A stretch of 64,000 nucleotides of DNA from a virus, in IMG/VR virus record IMGVR_UViG_3300021425_000008, positions 32,001-96,000 of that record; one strand, written 5' to 3'. The position numbers and the translations under genes were made by a program. Under the pieces are notes generated by a model. It saw only the letters and a list, made by a program, of their open reading frames with translations. It did no database searches and was not told the DNA's origin. Shown piece after piece: positions 35,980 to 44,800 of the stretch. Position 1 is the stretch's first letter; each line of letters starts with the position of its first letter.

Positions 35980-36228
35980 ATGAACATGACTCAAACCACA
36001 ATGGTTAACACTTTCACTGAGAACTTTGACATCATGGGTGATATGACCATCGATGAACTTATCTCGTTCGTTGATATCAACCCCGTGTCAGTTGTTCACT
36101 CTCCCTCTCCAAATTGTTCGGAGTCTTATGACATCACCTTCAAAACATTTGAAGACATGATGACATTTACCAGAGGATACTTTGGAGACTACAGTGATAC
36201 CGAGATCCGTGAAGTTATGGGTTGGTAA
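35980..36228 (+). CDS. Hypothetical protein
   Basis: After motif copy 13; true start may be 35986 or 36001. Confidence 0.65.
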   Translation: MNMTQTTMVNTFTENFDIMGDMTIDELISFVDINPVSVVHSPSPNCSESYDITFKTFEDMMTFTRGYFGDYSDTEIREVMGW

Positions 36229-36309
36229 GTAACACTCACTGGGGTCACAGTTGTTATCAATTAGTGACCCTACAGTTCTTGACACTTAGAGGGGTTATAT
36301 GGTAGACTG

Positions 36310-36445
36310 ACAGTGTATCGATTCGACAGTGTTTTTGGCGGGTCGTTGATACCGCGGGGACCGCAAAGAGCCCCCCCTTAAAAGAAATTGCGGCAACTCT
36401 AACCTACAAAGGTCCCCAAACGGCCTTAAGAAAAGCCGCCGATAA
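36310..36445 (+). ncRNA. Candidate structured non-coding element
   Basis: GC-rich nested complementary segments downstream of TTGACA-N18-TAGACT (36279-36308); no ORF in track. Confidence 0.35.
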
Positions 36446-36488
36446 AAAAAATTTCTATATAAAAAATTCCCCCATAAAGATTTTCCAT

Positions 36489-36710
36489 ATGGCCCCTTCA
36501 GAAGACACGAAGTTATATCACATCTACTTAAAGAACGAGTGTGTACTTCATAGTTTGTCAGAGGAGAATTTTAAGAGTAGTTGGGAGACCTTACAGAATC
36601 TGGTGGGGCTTGTGAAGACTGACTATCATTCTGAGGATCTCTCATATGAAGTAGTGGATGTACTACAGGATAGAGAGGATATCAGTAATCTGTCAGATAG
36701 TTCACACTGA
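36489..36710 (+). CDS. Hypothetical protein
   Basis: YHIYLK..C...LSEE.F...W..L..LVGL.KTDY. Confidence 0.7.
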   Translation: MAPSEDTKLYHIYLKNECVLHSLSEENFKSSWETLQNLVGLVKTDYHSEDLSYEVVDVLQDREDISNLSDSSH

Positions 36711-36739
36711 CAGTGAGGAATACCGAAGGTATTTCGAGA

Positions 36740-36768
36740 TTGACAGAGTACTACATAATTGGTATAAT
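36740..36768 (+). promoter_or_regulatory. Perfect sigma70 promoter
   Basis: TTGACA-N17-TATAAT with TGn extension. Confidence 0.85.
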
Positions 36769-36796
36769 AATGATTGAAATGGAGTGATTCTAATTC

Positions 36797-37573
36797 ATGG
36801 CAAAAGGTTTTACAGTAAAGGCTTCAACACCAAAAAAAGATAAAGGTCCAGAGTGGGACTACGAAGCCATTAAAGAGAGAATGAGGGGCAAAGCGATTGT
36901 CTTCTGTCTACCTGGAAGGGGATGTTCATATGCATTCATGAAGAACTTTGTACAATTGTGTTTTGACTTGGTTCAGAACCAGATGAGTATTCAGATCAGT
37001 CAGGACTACTCGTCGATGGTGAACTTCGCACGTTGTAAGTGTCTCGGCGCCAATGTATTGAGAGGGCCTGACCAGATTCCTTGGGACGGTAAGCTTCAGT
37101 ATGATTATCAGTTGTGGATTGACTCTGATATTATTTTTAACACCGAGAAGTTCTGGCAGCTGTGCGACCTAGCGTTAAACTCTGAGGGAGAAGAGAAGGA
37201 GATTGTTGCTGGTTGGTATTCGACTGAGGACGGGCGAACAACCTCTGTTGCACATTGGCTGGAAGAAGATGACTTCAGGAATAATGGTGGTGTGATGAAT
37301 CATGAGATGGTTGATGGTATTCAGAAACGTAAGAAACCCTTTACTGTTGACTACACTGGTTTTGGATGGGTGATGATTCAGAATGGTGTCTTTGAGAATA
37401 AGGCAATGAAGTATCCTTGGTTTGCACCAAAGATGCAAGTGTTTGAATCTGGTGCAGTTCAAGATATGTGTGGTGAAGACGTTTCGTTCTGTCTGGATGC
37501 AATTGACGCAGGATATAATATTTGGTGTGATCCACGGATTCGAGTTGGTCACGAGAAGACAAGAGTCATTTGA
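36797..37573 (+). CDS. Glycosyltransferase-like protein (GT-A fold), cyanophage conserved
   Basis: LWIDSDI, VDYTGFGWV, GEDVSFC, WCDPRIRVGHEK. Confidence 0.8.
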   Translation: MAKGFTVKASTPKKDKGPEWDYEAIKERMRGKAIVFCLPGRGCSYAFMKNFVQLCFDLVQNQMSIQISQDYSSMVNFARCKCLGANVLRGPDQIPWDGKLQYDYQLWIDSDIIFNTEKFWQLCDLALNSEGEEKEIVAGWYSTEDGRTTSVAHWLEEDDFRNNGGVMNHEMVDGIQKRKKPFTVDYTGFGWVMIQNGVFENKAMKYPWFAPKMQVFESGAVQDMCGEDVSFCLDAIDAGYNIWCDPRIRVGHEKTRVI

Positions 37574-37578
37574 TTCTG

Positions 37579-37618
37579 AGGTGGGTTCCTTGACAGGACC
37601 CACCTTTTTTAGTATGAT
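37579..37618 (+). terminator. Intrinsic terminator superimposed on a sigma70 promoter
   Basis: AGGTGGGTTCCT-TGAC-AGGACCCACCT-TTTTT; TTGACA (37590)-N17-TATGAT. Confidence 0.75.
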
Positions 37619-37641
37619 ATGGGGGTACAAATGAGACAGGC

Positions 37642-37929
37642 ATGACCTATCGACCAAAGAACGAGTGTGACGATTGTGGTTACACTTGGTATCCAAGAGG
37701 AAAGAATCGTTCACTGAGATGTCCACATTGTGGAAGTCGTGATATCATTCAATATGAAACTCGATACACCACTAATTGGTGGCCTCTTAAATTCTTAGTG
37801 ATTTTATTTGTGTCTTTCATTATTGGTATGAAGGCTCAAGAAGCTAAGAATGATGTTCTGACTAATGTGGCTATGATTGGTTGTCTAGGTGGTGCAGTTG
37901 GTTTCACTATTTCTTACGCAAGAGATTAA
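37642..37929 (+). CDS. Zinc-ribbon protein with two C-terminal TM helices
   Basis: CDDCGYTW...CPHCGS followed by two hydrophobic stretches. Confidence 0.75.
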   Translation: MTYRPKNECDDCGYTWYPRGKNRSLRCPHCGSRDIIQYETRYTTNWWPLKFLVILFVSFIIGMKAQEAKNDVLTNVAMIGCLGGAVGFTISYARD

Positions 37930-38075
37930 TGGCAAAACTCAAAAAATCTTTGACTGGTCAGACGATGATCGACTCGACTCCGAAGAAGACTCGTCAGGGC
38001 ATGGGTAAACACACGAAACTTGCAGCAACTTCTGCTAATAAGAAGAAGAAGCGTTATCGTGGTCAAGGACGTTGA
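37929..38075 (+). CDS. Small basic protein
   Basis: TAATG coupling; PKKTRQG.G.HTK...KKRYRGQGR. Confidence 0.7.
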   Translation: MAKLKKSLTGQTMIDSTPKKTRQGMGKHTKLAATSANKKKKRYRGQGR

Positions 38076-38446
38076 TCGAAGGTTATAACCTAACTGTATA
38101 CACTTATCTCGCTCCCAGTAAAGTCTGTGACGGGGTAGGTGTTTTTTCTTTGGTTGATATTCCAAGAGATACTATTATCTTCAAACCAAAGAGGTGTATT
38201 CAGATTACTGATGTGTCTCCTGAGATACAGACCTATCTCAAGAAGATGACTTATTATGATGGTAATGGGTATTGGATTGATGATGATCTACAACGATTAG
38301 GTCAACAGTATTATATCAATCATTCACATCATCCGAATGTAGCTTACGAACGTAGTACAGGACAACTGTATGCGATTCGTGATATAATTAAGGACGAAGA
38401 ACTCACTGATTATTATTTTCCAGGAGAAAGGGATTGGCTTACTTAA
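38072..38446 (+). CDS. SET-domain protein
   Basis: GVGVFS, YINHSHHPN, AIRDIIKDEELTDYY. Confidence 0.85.
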   Translation: MIEGYNLTVYTYLAPSKVCDGVGVFSLVDIPRDTIIFKPKRCIQITDVSPEIQTYLKKMTYYDGNGYWIDDDLQRLGQQYYINHSHHPNVAYERSTGQLYAIRDIIKDEELTDYYFPGERDWLT

Positions 38447-39135
38447 ATCACAGTTTACCTGATTGGTCTTGTTACATTCGTAATGAGTTCCTGTATAACC
38501 ATAAGAAGGGACATGGAGAAGTTACTAAGGCTGATGTCCATAGTGTCGCGAGTATGGAGAAACGTGTCCCTTTGTTTGAGGCGTTTTTGGAGAATGGTGT
38601 CAATTGGACACGGAGACCACTACATGCCTTCTGTTGGGACCCACAGGCCGAGATAGAACCCTTAGAGGACATCATGTACTGGGATTGCTTTAGTCCTTAT
38701 ATTGACGTACAGAGACGACATCGACTTGCTGGTCTTCAGGCACAATTGATTCGACCTGATGATAAGAAAGTATTGGGTGATTATATGTTCACCTTAGATT
38801 GGTCCTGGGAGAATAAAGGTGTACCAGACCTAAACTATTCAGAAACTCCTGAACATAAGTGTGCACACCTGTTTAAGGTTGAAACTGGTAATTATTACGC
38901 CTATCCTAATAATCGGATCATTTGGTACGATAATGCATGGACATTCAAACGTATTGATAAGAATCCTGGTTTTGAGATTGATACCACTGTCTATAGTGTA
39001 GAGAACAAGAGAAAGATGGAAACATCTGATCACTACATGTATGAGGTGACTGATCTAGAAGAACCACAAGATGATTATGATGGTTTGATTGATACTTGGA
39101 AATCACAAGAGTTTAGATACGCTGATCCGCAATAA
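38434..39135 (+). CDS. Conserved hypothetical protein
   Basis: 233 aa; YMFTLDW, EHKCAH, AYPNNRIIW. Confidence 0.75.
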   Translation: MAYLNHSLPDWSCYIRNEFLYNHKKGHGEVTKADVHSVASMEKRVPLFEAFLENGVNWTRRPLHAFCWDPQAEIEPLEDIMYWDCFSPYIDVQRRHRLAGLQAQLIRPDDKKVLGDYMFTLDWSWENKGVPDLNYSETPEHKCAHLFKVETGNYYAYPNNRIIWYDNAWTFKRIDKNPGFEIDTTVYSVENKRKMETSDHYMYEVTDLEEPQDDYDGLIDTWKSQEFRYADPQ

Positions 39136-39151
39136 ATAATCAAAAAGTGTT

Positions 39152-39307
39152 ATGGACGATAAGAACTTTTTGAGAGAGATTAATCACGATCAGAAAACAC
39201 CAAAGAATCAGAAGAAAGTCCGTCAAGATGGTTTCTATGAAGCGTCTGAAGCGGACTGGAAAGACTTCTGGGAGAATGAAGATAAAACTGAAATTTTAAC
39301 TGAGTAA
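39152..39307 (+). CDS. Hypothetical protein (51 aa, not in track)
   Basis: After ATAAATA at 39132-39138. Confidence 0.6.
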   Translation: MDDKNFLREINHDQKTPKNQKKVRQDGFYEASEADWKDFWENEDKTEILTE

Positions 39308-39323
39308 TTTGTCGGGATACCCC

Positions 39324-39331
39324 TATAAATA
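39324..39331 (+). promoter_or_regulatory. Late promoter TATAAATA
   Basis: Consensus 26 nt upstream of gp25. Confidence 0.8.
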
Positions 39332-39357
39332 ACCCTAGATTGTTGTAACATAGTTAA

Positions 39358-39759
39358 GTGCCAGTCCAAAGGGTAAGTAAAGGGTTCAAGGACGTTAGTG
39401 CAACGTTCAAGATCAACCCTATGAATTTCGACCTGATTTCAATATCAAATGAGACTGCGATTGCACGTGCAATTCGTAATCTTGTATTTACGGTACCTGG
39501 CGAAAAACCATTTGAACCTAATATCGGTTCTAGGGTCACTGCTCTGTTATTTGAAAATCTGGACGTTCTAACTGCTAGTACAATTCAAAGTGAGATTGAA
39601 TCTACAATCATCAACTATGAACCTAGAGTAGAATTAGTACAGGTTAGAGTAACACCTGATTATGATAACGGAGCATTTGATTGTTACATCAAATATAATA
39701 TTGTTGGAATCGATGTTCCACAACAACAATTATCATTTGTATTACAACCGACTAGGTAA
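39358..39759 (+). CDS. gp25: Baseplate wedge subunit gp25
   Basis: AIARAIRNLVFTVPGEKPFEPNIGS...INYEPRV; precedes gp6. Confidence 0.9.
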   Translation: MPVQRVSKGFKDVSATFKINPMNFDLISISNETAIARAIRNLVFTVPGEKPFEPNIGSRVTALLFENLDVLTASTIQSEIESTIINYEPRVELVQVRVTPDYDNGAFDCYIKYNIVGIDVPQQQLSFVLQPTR

Positions 39760-41805
39760 ATGCCTCTAGTTAATTTCGCAAACTTAGATTTTGATCAGAT
39801 CAAGGAATCCATTAAGGATTACCTTCGTACAAACTCAAACTTCACTGACTACGATTTTGAGGGATCGAATCTAAGCACAATTATCGATACGTTAGCATAT
39901 AATACGTACATTACCTCATATAATGCCAATATGGTATCTAATGAGGTATTCATTGATAGCGCCACTCTCAGGGAGAATGTGGTGTCTCTCGCGAGGAATA
40001 TAGGATATGTACCAAGGTCTAGAAAGAGTTCAGTAGCAAATGTATCTTTCGTTGTAAATGCATCTGGTACAACAGCAGTTGCGCTGACACTAAAAGCTGG
40101 TGCTGTATTGACTTCAAGATCAACACAGTCTGATAGAAATAAAAATTATATCTTCTCAATTCCAAATGATATCACCGTTCCTGTAGAATCGGACGGTTTT
40201 GCACGTTTTAATATTGATGTATACGAAGGAACATTCTTAACTCAGACGTTTACTGTCGATACTGGTAACCCTCAACAGAAATTTATCCTTCCAAACTCTG
40301 GTATTGACACCGACACCTTGTCAGTAATCGTCAAAGATACTGAACTTTCGACAGTTTCAAGAAAATTTGAACTTTTTGACAGTCTTTTTAACGTTACTAA
40401 GGATACTAGGTGTTATTTCGTACATGAAATTTCGCAGGAGAGGTATGAATTACTGTTCGGAGATGGAATTTTTGGCGTCAAACTTGATAATAATAACTTT
40501 GTTCAGGCAACATACATTGTTTCCAACGGTTCAGCCGCCAACAATATCAATAATTTCACTTATATCGGCAATATCGTAGATAATAACGGTGCAAGTGTAA
40601 GTCAAGGAGTCTCAGTTGTCTCTACAAACGTTCCTTCTTACGGCGGAAAAGAGATCGAAAGTGTCGAATCGGTCAAAAAATACGCTCCGCAGATCTACGC
40701 ATCACAAAATAGGGCAGTCACAGCAGCAGATTATGAGGCTTTAGTCCCTCAAATCTACCCAGAAGCCGAATCTGTGTCTGCTTTTGGTGGCGAAGACTTG
40801 AATCCACCTGAATTTGGTAAGGTTTTCATCAGTATTAAGCCTTATAACGGCGTATTTTTGTCAACTGCCATCAAACAAAACCTCCAACAACACATTAAAA
40901 AGTACACTGTTGCAGGAATTAGACCCGAAATCATCGATCTTAAGTATCTTTACGTCGAAGCAGACGTTGAAGCGTATTATAATCCAAATAAAGCACCATC
41001 TGGATCGTTTGTTCAGAATGTGGTAACTCAAAATATTGCAAAATATGCAGATTCTTCAGAATTAAACCAATTTGGTGCTCGATTTAAGTATTCAAAGTTC
41101 CAAAAAGTCGTAGATAGCAGTAATGAATCGATGACATCGAACATTACGACCATCAAAATGAGAAGAGATATGCAAGCAAGGCTAAATACCTTTGCTGAAT
41201 ACGAACTTTGCTTCGGAAATCGCTTCCATGTCAAGAATCATGGCCACACTCCAGTCTATGATGGTACTTTACTTGGTTATAATATTAGATCAACTGGATT
41301 TACAGTAAGTGGAATTAGTGGAACTGTATATCTTGGTGATAGACCGACTGGAAACCTTCAAAAAGGAACAGTTTTCCTATTCAAATTAAATTCACCAACT
41401 GAACCAATTATCGTTAAGCAGAATGTTGGTACGATTGATTATATAAAGGGAGAAATAAGATTGAATCCTATTAATATTATTAGTACACAAGTAAATAAGA
41501 ACTCTCCTATTGTCGAAGTATCTGCAAATCCATTCTCAAATGACGTTATTGGTCTCCAAGATCTCTTCCTACAATTGGATGTAAATAATACAACAGTGAG
41601 TGCTGTATCTGACAACATTTCTTCTGGAAATGATGTTTCTGGTACAAATTACATCGTATCATCAAGTTACAGTGTGAATACATTGGTAAGAGGAAATCCA
41701 ATTGTCACCATTGATGTGAATTCAGAGACTGCGTCCGCAACTTCTGCTTCACAAACGGTGACACCTTCAACAACATCTTCTAACACGTTCGGCAGATCCT
41801 ACTAA
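39760..41805 (+). CDS. gp6: Baseplate wedge subunit gp6
   Basis: LDFDQIK, FTDYDFEGSN, LAYNT, SATLRENVVS, FGDG, QNRAVTAADY. Confidence 0.93.
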   Translation: MPLVNFANLDFDQIKESIKDYLRTNSNFTDYDFEGSNLSTIIDTLAYNTYITSYNANMVSNEVFIDSATLRENVVSLARNIGYVPRSRKSSVANVSFVVNASGTTAVALTLKAGAVLTSRSTQSDRNKNYIFSIPNDITVPVESDGFARFNIDVYEGTFLTQTFTVDTGNPQQKFILPNSGIDTDTLSVIVKDTELSTVSRKFELFDSLFNVTKDTRCYFVHEISQERYELLFGDGIFGVKLDNNNFVQATYIVSNGSAANNINNFTYIGNIVDNNGASVSQGVSVVSTNVPSYGGKEIESVESVKKYAPQIYASQNRAVTAADYEALVPQIYPEAESVSAFGGEDLNPPEFGKVFISIKPYNGVFLSTAIKQNLQQHIKKYTVAGIRPEIIDLKYLYVEADVEAYYNPNKAPSGSFVQNVVTQNIAKYADSSELNQFGARFKYSKFQKVVDSSNESMTSNITTIKMRRDMQARLNTFAEYELCFGNRFHVKNHGHTPVYDGTLLGYNIRSTGFTVSGISGTVYLGDRPTGNLQKGTVFLFKLNSPTEPIIVKQNVGTIDYIKGEIRLNPINIISTQVNKNSPIVEVSANPFSNDVIGLQDLFLQLDVNNTTVSAVSDNISSGNDVSGTNYIVSSSYSVNTLVRGNPIVTIDVNSETASATSASQTVTPSTTSSNTFGRSY

Positions 41806-41815
41806 TTAATAAAAA

Positions 41816-44800
41816 ATGGCAGTAGATAGAGTAAAATTCCAGGAAATTGTCACCAGTCAACTTCCAAGATATATTAGAGAAGATTTTCCTCTTCTTTCGG
41901 ATTTTTTAGAGCAATATTATATTTCCCAAGAGTCTCAAAGTGGACCTGCTGATATTATTCAAAACATTGATCAATATGTTAAGGTAGAAGAGTTATTTGA
42001 TATTGTAGATAATACGACTTTATCGTCGAATCTCAGTCTGACGGCGAAAACCATCCCTGTATCGTCAACTATTGGTTTTCCTGAAAATAATGGTATCGTT
42101 CAAATTGATAATGAGGTCATATTTTACTCTGGTGTCACTCCAACCTCATTAACTGGATGTAAAAGGGGATTTAGTGGTATCACAACCTATATCACTACAG
42201 GAAATCCTGATGAATTGACTTTTAGTCAAACTGATTCCGAAACACATAGTTCAGGTGCAGAGGTAAAGAACCTTAATGTGCTGTTTTTGAAGGAATTCTT
42301 CAAAAAACTCAAAAAACAGGTCACACCAGGCTATGACGATAGAAATTTTTACGGAGATTTAAATAAAAAGAATTTTATCTACAATGCTAAGAGTTTTTAC
42401 TCTTCAAAGGGTACCGATCAATCATTTGAAATTTTATTCAGAGCATTGTATGGTGAGGATGTCGAAATCCTGAAGCCATCAGAATTTCTTTTCACACCAT
42501 CTAATGCAAACTATAAAGTTACTAAGGATTATGTTGTTGAAAAACTTCAAGGCGATCCCTTAGACTTAAAAAATCTCACTATCTTCCAAAAGAGGACAGG
42601 GGCAAGGGGTGCAGTCACGAATGTTCAGAGAATTCCCTATGCAGACTACCAATTTTATCAAATCAGCATTGATCAAGGTTTTGATTACACCAGTGACACT
42701 GCTTCAATCTATGGTGAATTCAAACCAAATCCATTAACGAAAATTCTTGAGAGTGTCAGTATTGGTGCATCTATCATCAGTGTTGATTCTACCATAGATT
42801 TCCCTGAGTTTGGAAATTTGGCTATCAAGAACGTTGATGGTCAGGAAATGTCCATTGGATACTCTGGAAAGACTTCAAACCAGTTTTTCAATTGTGATGG
42901 GATCGGTAGAAACATCGATAAGACAGAAGATGTCAAACTTGATGACTATTCTTATGCATATGTTGGAATTAATACCGATACAGAGATTCAGGTACGTTTT
43001 ACATCGACTCTGAAAGACTTTGTTCAAAATGAGAGAACAAATTACTTCAGACCTCTTGATACTATTCAGATTAAATCTCTTGGTTATGAGGCTACAACCA
43101 AAAAGAGTAATAATTGGTTCCTCAACATCAAACCAAAGTATAGAGTTGCTGAAACCACAGTCATTGATCCTCTTGCTTTTATATACCAGTTTAAATTCTA
43201 TGATACTCACTTCTTTAGTGAAGGATATGAGTTAAGGTATGAAAATCCCGATCAAAATATCTCTTTGTTGGGAACAGTCATTAGGGTTATTTCAAAAGAT
43301 ACAGTCAATGTAAGATTTTCCGTACAAGTTCCTCTTACAGGTGAATTTTACGTTGAAAATCAACTTTTGAAGGGATCTTCAACAAGATATCCTTATATCG
43401 AAGAATTTGTTGCAAACGTTCAGAATACGTATGCCAAGTTTGATGGTGAGGTGATGGTTTCATCGAACTCAATTCCAAAATTTGATAATATTTTAACGAA
43501 TACCTACAATTGTAGTGTAACCTTTTCAACATCCCTTCAAAGCACACAGGTTATAACTCTTCCGACCAACCCAACGACTTTACCTGATCATGGGTTCCAT
43601 ACAGGTGACTCTGTTTACTTCCAGTCAGCTGGTCAAGGTTTTGAGGGTGTGTCATCAGGATCTTATTTCGTAAGAAGAATCAATGAGAGTCAGATTAGTC
43701 TCTCAAGAAGTAAGGCAGACTTATTCAAAGGAACATACCTCACTTTCAATGGTAATGTCACAAATGCATCTCTGACATTACTTGAATTCTATAAGAAAAA
43801 TATCGAACCTCAGGGTATTTACAGAGAAATACTTGAACCTACTAATAATAGAATTGATAATCAATTTACAAAATCTGGTACTACTGGTATTTGGAATAAT
43901 GGTGTTGAACTGTTAAATTATAAGTCTACGAATAGTGTCTACTATGGTGACATCATTAGCTTTAATGTTACGAGAGGTGGAGAAAATTATGACATCATTA
44001 CTCCTCCTGTTGTAAAAATAACTGATGAAACAGGTGTTGGTGCAACAGCTATTGCCAACGTAATTGGAAGTCTGGAAAGACTTGACGTTACTGACCCTGG
44101 TTTGGGTTATTATGCACCACCGACCATTACGATTAAGGGTGGTAATGGTGTAGGTGCGGCTGCAAAACCAAGAATGGTTTCTATTGTTCATGAAAATCCA
44201 TTCAATGCAAATTCAAATGAAGTAAATCTTGCCACTGACGAATTATCCTTTAAAACAGATCACAAATTACTAGATGGTGAAAGTGTCATCTATCAACCAA
44301 GAGGTACAAAAGGAATCGCTGGTCTCACAACTGATTCCGAATATTTCGTATTTGTAACTGGTCAAAAAACTCTTAAACTTCATAGAAACAGAGCTGATGC
44401 TATTGTTGGTATCAATACTGTGATTCTAACTCAGTTTGGTGATGGTGTTCAATACATTACCGCATCTAAACTGAAATCCGTTGTCTCCAGTGTCGTAATC
44501 ACTAATCCTGGAACAGGTTATGAAAATAAGAAGAGAACAATCCCATCTGTTGGTGTCAATACCGTTTCAAACAGAGTTGAGATTGTAAATCATGGTTATA
44601 AAGATAGAGAAATTGTAAGATATACAAGAGATGACTCTTTACCAAGAGTTGAGGGACTATCCGAAAATAAAGATTATTATGTCTTGAAAATTAATGATGA
44701 CGAATTTGCTCTCACTGAAGTTGGTACTGATGGTAAACCAGCATCATATTACTTTGACAGAAGAATAACAATTGATTTTACTAATGCAGGTAAAGGTTCT

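Noticed and set aside
36225-36253. Possible 14th element copy (GTAAGTAAC)
   Set aside because: Only the head partly matches; spacer and TATAGT tail are absent
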